From the NCBI GenBank assembly GCA_017888105.1, contig JAGHGS010000172.1:1-35452 (forward strand): a stretch of DNA of 35,452 nucleotides, given 5' to 3'. The stretch comes from Bacilli bacterium (GTDB lineage Bacteria > Bacillota_I > Bacilli_A > RF39 > UBA660). A program made the translations under genes and the position numbers. The notes under the pieces are model-generated. The model saw only the letters and a program-made list of their open reading frames with translations, did not search any database and had not been told where the DNA came from. Of this stretch, positions 27,306 through 35,034 are shown piece by piece. The first letter of the stretch is position 1; each line of letters opens with the position of its first letter.

Positions 27306-28416
27306 AGTTGAACTCCTTGCTATCATCTAATATTAAAGGTTTTGCACCATTAGAAATTGAATTGTATGTATATTCGCTAATTTTATTAGTTGTAACATAT
27401 ACTCTAATATTTAATAAATATGACAAATAGGATAAATCACTCATTTCTAAATCTACGTTTTTAATTTCTAAGCCATTATCACTTAAATTATATTTTCTTT
27501 GATCAGTATATTTACCTAATTTTCTTAATAGTTGATCGCATTCCTTAGAAACCTCTATAAATTGTATTAAATGTCTACCTTTAGCACAAATTCTTCTTTG
27601 TTCATCAGAACAAATATTTAATTCTGTACATTCATACGTTCCGTAATAGAAACATGGCTTCTTTAATTTAGCACATAATGCACATATATTAGCATGATAA
27701 ATTTTTTGATTATCATGATATGATCCACCATGAAAATAATCCCAAGCGACTTTTGGATAAACACTCTCTGCTTGTAAAACTTCTTCTTTATGTGCTTTTA
27801 TACTATCCCAAAAGCTAATCTTATCAATAAAATTCGGAATCAATTTTAAACCGGTGATCGTGCTGATATCTGTATAAGGATTGACAGTTGCTATTATATC
27901 ACTTATTTTAGTACTATTTTGTGGTATTAAAGGTCTAAAATAATGAATTGTAGCAATATCAGCAGCTTTTAAATTTTCAAAATTCTTCAATATGTTTTTA
28001 TGTTTTACATTTGGTTCTAATTTCTCTAAACCTGAATAACTTAAATAAATAACTTTTTGATTTTTCATTGATTTTAATTTATCAATAACATAATTCGGTA
28101 TTAAACACTTTGTAACAATTATAATTGTATTTAAGACATTTCTTTTTTCTAACTCATCTAATAAAGATAAGATATATTTTGTATTACTGTCATTTAAGAA
28201 AGCATCTGTTTCCGGCAACAAACATACAGGTATTCTTGGATCATAATAAATAGAATTTAATAACTCATCTATTGCTTTATCTGGACTACAAATAATTTCA
28301 GGATAAGCACAATTCTTTCCTTCTGATTGTAAAAAACAATATTTACATCTATTATAGCATCCGCGTATAGCATTTACTGCTATCCAACTAGCGTGCATTT
28401 CAATTATATTTTTCAT
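27298..28416 (-). CDS. radical SAM enzyme, SPL/SplB-like (COG1533-type) with Cys-rich C-terminal region
   Basis: CYNRCKYC (Cx3Cx2C) lies near the N-terminus. LPETDAF and IIIVTKC resemble the spore-photoproduct-lyase-like family. Seven Cys fall within ~55 aa near residue 240-300. The likely start is ATG 28416 (the track's GTG at 28425 is also possible). The stop overlaps the next gene's start (ATGAATAA). Confidence 0.65.
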   Translation of the reverse strand: MKNIIEMHASWIAVNAIRGCYNRCKYCFLQSEGKNCAYPEIICSPDKAIDELLNSIYYDPRIPVCLLPETDAFLNDSNTKYILSLLDELEKRNVLNTIIIVTKCLIPNYVIDKLKSMKNQKVIYLSYSGLEKLEPNVKHKNILKNFENLKAADIATIHYFRPLIPQNSTKISDIIATVNPYTDISTITGLKLIPNFIDKISFWDSIKAHKEEVLQAESVYPKVAWDYFHGGSYHDNQKIYHANICALCAKLKKPCFYYGTYECTELNICSDEQRRICAKGRHLIQFIEVSKECDQLLRKLGKYTDQRKYNLSDNGLEIKNVDLEMSDLSYLSYLLNIRVYVTTNKISEYTYNSISNGAKPLILDDSKEFNYE

Positions 28417-28488
28417 TAACCCCACTTCGTTTCATGCAAGTTATAATAATTTAAGTGGATTTTAAAGTAAAGTGAAAGTTTGGCACAA

Positions 28489-28509
28489 AAAAGGAAAATT
28501 TTTCCTTTT
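28489..28509 (-). terminator. possible intrinsic terminator after the LysR gene
   Basis: The palindrome AAAAGGAAAA-T-TTTTCCTTTT overlaps the lysR stop codon, with a T-rich continuation on the minus strand. The stem is AT-rich. Confidence 0.35.
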
Positions 28510-29371
28510 AGTAATTTTCCTTTATAAAATCAATAAATGTTTGAGTTGATTTTGTTAAATTTTCTTGATCGTATAATACACTAATTCTATATTTTAAATC
28601 ATTCTCTAATGATTTAAAAATAAGTTCTTTTTCTTTAGCAATTTGATAAGGAACAATGCCTGCAACAGGTTTTTCTTTAATAAAATCAGCTATGGATTCA
28701 AAATCAGATAGTTCATACTTAATACAATACTTTATATTATTTTGTTCTAAGTAAGTTGTTATTTTTTTTCGACAAAAGTTTTCTTTAATTGGAAGAACTA
28801 TTGGTATAGATTCTAAATTTTCTGTATTTAATTTTGAATTAAAAGCCAAACAATAATTATCTTCAAATAAAGGTATTATAATATGTTTGTCATTTTCTTG
28901 TTTAATTTCTATTTCATCTATAATTAAATCAATGTTATATTCTCTAATCTTTCTAATAACATCTTTATAATTAGAATTTATAAACTTGATTTTTAAATTA
29001 TTATTTTTATCCATAAAATTATTTAATATATCAGACATATAATACTTTTGAATATCACGAGATATAGCTAAACTTATCTTACCAAGAGTTATATCTTCTG
29101 ATTCATTCATTTCCTTTTCAGTTAGCATCAATACATTTAAAGCACGTTTAATTCCACTATAAAGGATTTCTCCTGCAGGTGTTAATATGATTCCGGTTTT
29201 TTTTGATGAGTTATAGAGTTTTCTTCCAAAATCATCTTCTAATTTACAAAATTGCTTTCTTAAAGCCGATCTATCTAAATTAAGTTTATCAGCTGCTCTA
29301 GTTAATGATCCTTCTTCTACCATCACAGAAAAATTTTTTAATGCTTGTAAACTAGCTGTCTCTATTACCAT
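28508..29371 (-). CDS. LysR-family transcriptional regulator
   Basis: N-terminal wHTH LQALKNFSVMVEEGSLTRAADKLNLDRSALRKQFCKLEDDFGRKLY, followed by a ~200-aa substrate-binding-type C-terminus. Confidence 0.8.
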   Translation of the reverse strand: MVIETASLQALKNFSVMVEEGSLTRAADKLNLDRSALRKQFCKLEDDFGRKLYNSSKKTGIILTPAGEILYSGIKRALNVLMLTEKEMNESEDITLGKISLAISRDIQKYYMSDILNNFMDKNNNLKIKFINSNYKDVIRKIREYNIDLIIDEIEIKQENDKHIIIPLFEDNYCLAFNSKLNTENLESIPIVLPIKENFCRKKITTYLEQNNIKYCIKYELSDFESIADFIKEKPVAGIVPYQIAKEKELIFKSLENDLKYRISVLYDQENLTKSTQTFIDFIKENY

Positions 29372-29398
29372 AGCAAATCCCCCTTAAATTTGCTACTT

Positions 29399-29459
29399 AC
29401 TTTAACATAAAACCATCAAAATGTCAATTATTCTTATTTAAACTATTACTTAAATAGTT
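29399..29459 (-). promoter_or_regulatory. lysR promoter with upstream LTTR-type dyad
   Basis: On the minus strand, TTGACA (29427..29422), 17 nt, then TAAAGT (29404..29399). The dyad AACTATT-N5-AATAGTT at 29441..29459 has a T-N11-A-like architecture. Confidence 0.5.
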
Positions 29460-29691
29460 AAATGCAACTTTTAATTACATATTCTTTAAGAGAGTAAATC
29501 TTTTAATACTCTGCTATTAATTATGAGTTATATTATAATATGTCTCTATATTTCACCAAATAATTCCAATTAAAGTTTTTTGTAGCACTCTCTCATAAGA
29601 TATTTAAAATAAAAAGCTAGGAATAATTCCTAACTTTAAATAGATAATAAAAATAAAGTACATTCTATTATTTTAGCTATAATAGATAAAA

Positions 29692-29979
29692 CTAAATCTC
29701 TAATAAATATTCTTTCAAATTTTCACAATACAGTTCTAAAATATGATTATTATCTATTTTTAAATAATTCATACCATGTTCATATCGAAATTTTTCTATT
29801 TTCTTTTTATCAAGTTCAAAAATCATTTCATATTTTGGTCTGTATCCATTTAATGTGATTGGGGCAACTCTAAAAAGTATTCTGTTTATATCTTGAAATA
29901 AAAGTAGCCTTTGGGTAGTTATACATATTGCTAAAATATATTCATTATCATCTGCTCGAACTGTGATATCTTCTAACAT
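29692..29979 (-). CDS. hypothetical protein (95 aa)
   Basis: ORF 44 nt downstream of the secreted-protein gene. A weak hairpin (29618..32) plus T-rich run follows it on the minus strand. Confidence 0.45.
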   Translation of the reverse strand: MLEDITVRADDNEYILAICITTQRLLLFQDINRILFRVAPITLNGYRPKYEMIFELDKKKIEKFRYEHGMNYLKIDNNHILELYCENLKEYLLEI

Positions 29980-30023
29980 GATTAATATTTTTTCACTAGG
30001 CTGTAAATCAACAACTTCTAAAT

Positions 30024-30974
30024 TTATAATGTTGCACTAACTCCTTTCATGTTATCAAAATATCCACTTATAGTTGAATTATTAAATTTAAACACTCCGC
30101 CATAGCCACCACTATTAAATTTAAATTTTAGAGCATCCGAAGAAGAAATCCTTTGTTGAGAATGTTGATAAGATGCGTTGACAGTTACTGTACTATTTGG
30201 ATATGATGCAATATTTCCCATTAAAGTAAAATCATAACCAACATTTTGCCCAACAACTACGATGCCAACTCCTCCTTCTGATTCATTACAAACATTTACT
30301 GTTGCATATAATTGCATTGCAACTGCTACTCCGCGATAAGAAAGTGGTATTATTTCTTCATGTTTCCAAGCCGTAGATAATTTGTCAAATTCATAGTTAC
30401 GTGTAACAGTATTCATATAACCAGCACAAGCCAAATTAGGATTACCAATGTATTCAGTAGCTTTTTGAATTGCACTAGCTTGAGTAATTCCCATACCATC
30501 AACTAAATAAAAACCAAACAAATCGAAACTTTTAACTTTTGGCACCTTTTTCCAATGTAATTTTGCTACAGCGACTCTAGCTGTGGGATTAGTTAAATGA
30601 TTACTTAAAGTTAAAGTTAATTTTTTATAATTTGTTTCATGGCTACTCGCTAAAGGAACAATATCCGAAGAACCATTATATTCCTCCTCGGTTATTTCTT
30701 GAGTTTGAATGTTACTATAACCAGAAGGTGTATATACTTCAACATCTTTAAAATATTTAGTTACTGTAACTTGTTCTCCAACAACAAAATCTTTATAATC
30801 ATTAAAGTCACTTTCACTTAAATAGATAATATCATCATCTGTTAAACCTAAATTTTTTAAATTATTATATTCATCTGTAGTTAGTTCTCTGTCTATATTA
30901 ACATTTGTAATTGCATCAACATTTGGTAAATAAATAAAAAACATTAAAATTAATAAAAAAACACTTTTTTTCAT
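30024..30974 (-). CDS. secreted protein of unknown function (316 aa)
   Basis: Sec-type signal peptide MKKSVFLLILMFFIYLPNVDA, a GGAAAGGAATG RBS region, and a beta-rich Gly/Asn/Val C-terminal half. Confidence 0.6.
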   Translation of the reverse strand: MKKSVFLLILMFFIYLPNVDAITNVNIDRELTTDEYNNLKNLGLTDDDIIYLSESDFNDYKDFVVGEQVTVTKYFKDVEVYTPSGYSNIQTQEITEEEYNGSSDIVPLASSHETNYKKLTLTLSNHLTNPTARVAVAKLHWKKVPKVKSFDLFGFYLVDGMGITQASAIQKATEYIGNPNLACAGYMNTVTRNYEFDKLSTAWKHEEIIPLSYRGVAVAMQLYATVNVCNESEGGVGIVVVGQNVGYDFTLMGNIASYPNSTVTVNASYQHSQQRISSSDALKFKFNSGGYGGVFKFNNSTISGYFDNMKGVSATL

Positions 30975-31267
30975 CTTTCACATTCCTTTCCAAATATTTT
31001 TTATTAACTATTTCATAAATTATTACATAGCTATAACCTCCATTCGTAGTTAAAAACTATGTTGGAAGAAGAATATAAATATGATGAGTACTGCTACTAT
31101 ACCAACTAATATGATTATATCATGCTTTTTTATTAAAGTAAACTTATTTTATTTCTAAATATTTAAATTTATTTTTAGGTAATTTACGTTCTATAAATTC
31201 TATTATTTTGTTTGAAAAATAAAATATAGCCACACTAAAATTTTATAGTATTCATACATTCAAATAA

Positions 31268-31493
31268 AAAAGTCAAAAATAAAATCAACTCAATATTGAT
31301 TTTATTAATAGCTTACAAAATATAGTTCCCTACCCACCTACATTGTATAAGAAATACTTAATAATAACTAATTGAACTTTTTTGTATATTTATTTTAAAA
31401 GCATTTAAAAAGAGCAGTTTGTTTTTTCTTCTTATACTAACCCAATCAAGATATGCAAATTTATGGTATGGACTTAAATTTTTAATCTTGATT
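31268..31493 (-). ncRNA. candidate non-coding RNA, divergent from the first tandem-HTH gene
   Basis: A minus-strand extended -10 TGGTATAAT (31508..31500) has two TTGACA boxes upstream (31524..31519 and 31530..31525, spaced 13 and 19 nt). There is no ORF of useful length. An internal 9-bp IR, AATCAAGAT/ATCTTGATT, spans 31444..31493. A terminator hairpin ATAAAATCAA/TTGATTTTAT (31279..31305) is followed by a T-run. Confidence 0.3.
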
Positions 31494-31543
31494 AATCTTA
31501 TTATACCACAAAGGTCGGTGTCAATGTCAAAAAACTCAAATAT

Positions 31544-31561
31544 TTTTACAAAAATGTAAAA
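31544..31561. promoter_or_regulatory. inverted repeat operator candidate upstream of 31585 gene
   Basis: TTTTACA-AAAA-TGTAAAA lies 24 nt upstream of the ATG. Confidence 0.4.
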
Positions 31562-31584
31562 TCATAATTAGAGGAAGTGGTATA

Positions 31585-32058
31585 ATGAGAATAAATACTA
31601 ATATAGGCGAATCACTAAAAAATATACGCAATTATTTTGGATATACTCAACAAGAAATAGCTGATCAAATTAATATAAAAAGATCTTTATATTCTAATTA
31701 CGAAACTAATGATTGCTTAATTCCATTAAAAAATTTAATTAAACTAGCTAATTTCTATAAAATTACAGTTGACTCATTACTCGCATTTACAGATTTAGAA
31801 AAAAGCAATAAAGACATTGAATTAAATTCTGAAATAATAAGTAGAAATATTAAAGCTATAAGGCAAGAATTAAATTTAAGTCAAAAGAAACTAGCAGATT
31901 TATTAAATATAGGCAAGAGTACAATCGTTGATTATGAAAAGCAAAAATACCAAATCAGCACCGCTTATATTTACGATTTATCACGTCTTTCTGGAATATC
32001 AGTAGATTGGATTTTAGGTATTCAAAAAAACAAATATATAATAGCCAAAAACAAATAA
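31585..32058 (+). CDS. tandem-HTH (two XRE/HTH_3 domains) regulator, paralogue 1
   Basis: GESLKNIRNYFGYTQQEIADQINIKRSLYSNYE and IKAIRQELNLSQKKLADLLNIGKSTIVDYE form two HTH_3-like units. GAGGAAGTGG RBS. Confidence 0.7.
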   Translation: MRINTNIGESLKNIRNYFGYTQQEIADQINIKRSLYSNYETNDCLIPLKNLIKLANFYKITVDSLLAFTDLEKSNKDIELNSEIISRNIKAIRQELNLSQKKLADLLNIGKSTIVDYEKQKYQISTAYIYDLSRLSGISVDWILGIQKNKYIIAKNK

Positions 32059-32071
32059 ACTCAAAGTTTTG

Positions 32072-32521
32072 CTATATTAAATTGGCAAGAATTGATAATT
32101 CCAAAAGAATATATTTTATCACTTTTACTATATTTTCTTTTGGAATATCATAGTCAATCTTCAATTCTAAATCCCTTAAAGTAATGGGCAAAACAAGCAT
32201 TCTATCATTTTTTCCCAAAGCTTTATAGCACAAATCATTTACAATTAACCATACTTCATCAAGTAAGTCATCCTCCGACTTAGCATCTTCATTATATTGA
32301 AAAAACATAATAAGATCTTCACATTCTTTATCCATATTTTCAAAATTTGAAATATCCGCTTTGTTCTTTATTAATTGTAAGTAAAAATTTATTGCCTCAA
32401 CTATTTCTTCTAAGGTATAACTTTCCAAAATTTTTTCAAGATAAAATTTTTTTTGAGATTTTAATGAAAATTTTTTTATCTCATTAAAATTCTTACTCAA
32501 GTCCCTCATAATTTTTTCCAT
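32072..32521 (-). CDS. hypothetical protein (149 aa)
   Basis: ORF forming a two-gene minus-strand unit with 32562..32936. No motif recognised. Confidence 0.5.
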   Translation of the reverse strand: MEKIMRDLSKNFNEIKKFSLKSQKKFYLEKILESYTLEEIVEAINFYLQLIKNKADISNFENMDKECEDLIMFFQYNEDAKSEDDLLDEVWLIVNDLCYKALGKNDRMLVLPITLRDLELKIDYDIPKENIVKVIKYILLELSILANLI

Positions 32522-32561
32522 TTAATAAAACTCCTTTATAATTATATATTTTTTATAAAAA

Positions 32562-32936
32562 TTATTTATTATTCACAAAATCATCTTCGAAGATTATAAT
32601 ATTTTGAAGAAGCTCTTGTTTTATTATTTTATTTTTTGGTATTGTTGCTCCCTGCTTTTTAGAATAAAAATAATCAAGCAACTGGTTTAAACAAAGGTTT
32701 AATTCTTTTGATAGTCCCTGCTCCCTACAATGGTTAGCAAAATCTTCTAAATAAAATAAACATCTTATTGTTTCTTCATTTAAAGAACTTATTTTTGTAT
32801 TTCCATCTTTAACTTCATTTACTTTAGTTACTATTAATTGATGGTTCTTGTTTTCAATTTTAACTCCTTTAGTTGTAGCTGAATCAAATATTATAATAGT
32901 ATCAGATAGTTTCAAATCTAAGCATTTTTCTTCCAT
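32562..32936 (-). CDS. hypothetical protein (124 aa)
   Basis: ORF with a GGAGGATTAG RBS, divergent from tandem-HTH paralogue 2. Confidence 0.5.
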   Translation of the reverse strand: MEEKCLDLKLSDTIIIFDSATTKGVKIENKNHQLIVTKVNEVKDGNTKISSLNEETIRCLFYLEDFANHCREQGLSKELNLCLNQLLDYFYSKKQGATIPKNKIIKQELLQNIIIFEDDFVNNK

Positions 32937-33037
32937 TTCTAATCCTCCAATGTATATATTATAACATTTAATATCGCATTTGTCTGTATTTGTTAATAAT
33001 TTTTTTAATAAATGAGAAAATTATCTTGGTGATATAT

Positions 33038-33490
33038 ATGTTTCCAAAGATTAGAGAATTAAGAAAAAGCAATAATTTAACACAAAAAGATATGGCAAGT
33101 AAATTAGAAGTAACGCAACAAACTTATCAAATGTTTGAATCATCAACTAAGATCATCCCATTAAAGCATTTAATAAAATTATGTAATTATTATAAAGTAT
33201 CGCTTAATTATATTAGTGGACTTACTAATACCAATAGTCAAACAAATTTGCACATTAATTTAGATCAAATAGAAATTGGGAAAAGAATCAAGTTAATCAG
33301 ATTAAAATGCAATTTATTGCAAATAGATCTTGCGAGATTATTAAACACTTCTCAATCTCAAATTAGTAGTTATGAACATGGTACAAGACTCATAAGCACT
33401 GCTTTTGCATACCAAATATGTAAAACATACAATATATCTTTAGATTGGCTTATAAATGGAACTGGCAAAGTATTTTTAAATGATAATTAA
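33038..33490 (+). CDS. tandem-HTH (two XRE/HTH_3 domains) regulator, paralogue 2
   Basis: Start reassigned to ATG 33038 (MFPKIRELRKSNNLTQKDMA), which follows a GGTGA RBS. The second HTH is IKLIRLKCNLLQIDLARLLNTSQSQISSYE. Confidence 0.7.
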   Translation: MFPKIRELRKSNNLTQKDMASKLEVTQQTYQMFESSTKIIPLKHLIKLCNYYKVSLNYISGLTNTNSQTNLHINLDQIEIGKRIKLIRLKCNLLQIDLARLLNTSQSQISSYEHGTRLISTAFAYQICKTYNISLDWLINGTGKVFLNDN

Positions 33491-33530
33491 TAGAAGTTAA
33501 TTCAAATTGTATAAATAACTTCTATTTTTG
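33491..33530 (+). terminator. intrinsic terminator of 33038..33490
   Basis: TAGAAGTTA (33491..33499) pairs with TAACTTCTA (33516..33524), followed by TTTTTGTTT. Confidence 0.6.
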
Positions 33531-33629
33531 TTTAAAATTAATTATAAATTAAAAATTATGCTTTTATAATAATTTTGAAGCAAAATATCATTCCTTAAAA
33601 CCAAAATACCACATTAAAGATTAAATCAA

Positions 33630-33710
33630 TGATATAATAAATGAGCAAGTATACGTAGTACAATATACTTGCTATTAATTTTCAAGGAGTGGTGAAGTTT
33701 TCCCCACTCT
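33630..33710 (+). ncRNA. extended -10 promoter followed by two stem-loops (short RNA or structured 5' leader of paralogue 3)
   Basis: TGATATAAT at 33630..33638. Hairpin 1 is AGCAAGTATA/TATACTTGCT (33644..33673). Hairpin 2 is GAGTGG/CCACTC (33686..33710). No ORF. Confidence 0.35.
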
Positions 33711-33865
33711 TATGTTATATATTAGCCCCTAAATATTTCATAGGAACCATATTAATTCTATCATAAGATTGTTTCTGTGTCTATATTTTTCTTCTTGTGA
33801 ATATAATTTTCTTAGAATTGTTATTTAGTAGTATAAAATGTAGTTGTTCCAAAGGAGAAAACAAT

Positions 33866-34333
33866 ATGCAAATTATTAATACGACAATTCATGAGAGGTT
33901 AAAATTTACTAGAATATATTTTGGATATTCCCAAACTGAATTAGCAAAAATGCTTGATGTTAAACAAAGTGTATATGCTAACTGGGAGTTAAATAAAAGA
34001 TTAATTCCTTTAAGGCATCTTATATCTTTAGCAAATATTTATCAAATTAATGTAGACTATTTACTTGCACTAACGGATATACAAATTCATCAAAAACCTA
34101 TAAATGTAGATAAAGTTATTATAAGTCGCAACTTAAGAATTTTATTATATGAATTAAAAATTAATGTTAAAACATTTGCCAAAAATCTAAATGTAAGTTG
34201 CTCTCCTATTTATAATTATTTAAATTGTAAAAATCTGATACCAACATACGTCTTATATGATATAGCTCGTAATTATAATATTTCGACGGATTGGATATTA
34301 GGTAGAACTTCGCAAAAAAATATATTAAAATAA
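33866..34333 (+). CDS. tandem-HTH (two XRE/HTH_3 domains) regulator, paralogue 3
   Basis: Start reassigned to ATG 33866 (MQIINTTIHERLK), which follows an AAAGGAGAA RBS. The sequence is collinear with paralogue 1 (..YFGYSQTELAKMLDVKQSVYANWE.., ..DWILGR..). Confidence 0.7.
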   Translation: MQIINTTIHERLKFTRIYFGYSQTELAKMLDVKQSVYANWELNKRLIPLRHLISLANIYQINVDYLLALTDIQIHQKPINVDKVIISRNLRILLYELKINVKTFAKNLNVSCSPIYNYLNCKNLIPTYVLYDIARNYNISTDWILGRTSQKNILK

Positions 34334-34358
34334 TAAAAGAGCAAAAGCCCTTTTATTT
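34333..34358. terminator. weak bidirectional hairpin between convergent genes
   Basis: ATAAAAGAG-CAAAAG-CCCTTTTAT (one mismatch) followed by T-rich sequence. Confidence 0.3.
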
Positions 34359-34366
34359 AATAGAGA

Positions 34367-34969
34367 TTATGAGTAGATTATTTTAGATAATCTTTTTTTG
34401 TTACCAGAATAACAACTAATTATAAAATCTAAAACTTCCAACTCCAATTCATCTAATTCACTAAATGATTTATCTTTTAAATGTATGCGACATGTTTCCT
34501 CTAAAAAAATATTAAAATTAAATATATTCTTATTTAATTTTTTTGAATATTTTTTTACACACATGATGACTTCAATCTCATATTGAAATTGTTTCTCCAT
34601 AACTAACTTATATATAATAGCAGCTACAAAATTTAGATCAAATTCAGGACTGATAAAAAGATAAGCAACTAAGTCTTGGCTCAGTAATTCTAAACTAAAA
34701 ATCATATTAAATAAAAAATCTAGGCCTGCTTTATTAAAAAAAGCCACAAAAGAATCAATAATAAATTTTTCAAATTCTTTAGTAAGTTCTTGTTTAGTTA
34801 GCACATAAATTTCAGTTAAATCTTTCCACATACTATATGAACTAATTAGATTGTACTTTTGCATATTATACATTATTTTAATTCCTTTTTCTAAAGCTTC
34901 TAAGTTAAAGTCGTTATACTTTAAAAAAATAAAATCTTTAATCAATTGTTGTTCTTTTCTTAATTTCAT
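34367..34969 (-). CDS. hypothetical protein (200 aa)
   Basis: ORF with an AAAGGAGGA RBS. No motif recognised. Confidence 0.5.
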   Translation of the reverse strand: MKLRKEQQLIKDFIFLKYNDFNLEALEKGIKIMYNMQKYNLISSYSMWKDLTEIYVLTKQELTKEFEKFIIDSFVAFFNKAGLDFLFNMIFSLELLSQDLVAYLFISPEFDLNFVAAIIYKLVMEKQFQYEIEVIMCVKKYSKKLNKNIFNFNIFLEETCRIHLKDKSFSELDELELEVLDFIISCYSGNKKRLSKIIYS

Positions 34970-35002
34970 AATAATCCTCCTTTCCAGGAAGATATTATAT
35001 AA

Positions 35003-35034
35003 AAAAGATTGTAAAATTCATTATACAATCTTTT
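35003..35034 (-). terminator. intrinsic terminator of the aph-like gene
   Basis: An 11-bp stem AAAAGATTGTA/TACAATCTTTT overlaps the stop codon, with a T-run on the minus strand. Confidence 0.5.

Noticed and set aside
27298-28416. Radical SAM enzyme as a prokaryotic viperin (pVip)
   Set aside because: Only the generic Cx3Cx2C motif is shared. The surrounding motifs (LPETDAF, IVTKC) and the Cys-rich C-terminus look more like the SPL/COG1533 family. The viperin label is not supported from sequence alone.
28422-28458. CCACTT-N25-AAGTGG dyad upstream of the radical SAM gene as a LysR operator
   Set aside because: One arm overlaps the RBS/start region (GAAGTGGGG), and the arms are only 6 nt in AT-rich DNA. 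This is too weak to call, so it is mentioned only as a place to look in footprinting.
31049-31150. Minus-strand frame encoding a hydrophobic tail (..IILVGIVAVLIIFIFFFQHSF*) upstream of the secreted-protein gene
   Set aside because: There is no ATG/GTG/TTG start between the upstream in-frame stop and the hydrophobic segment, and no RBS. It is probably a chance frame or a decayed gene remnant.
33797-33865. N-terminal extensions in the ORF track (33797 for paralogue 3, 32990 for paralogue 2, 10371 for the methylase-like gene, 27326 for the Nudix fusion, 19123 for the repeat protein)
   Set aside because: Internal ATG/TTG codons are preceded by strong Shine-Dalgarno sequences and give N-termini that align with paralogues or form proper signal peptides. 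The extensions are hydrophobic or low-complexity and lack an RBS.
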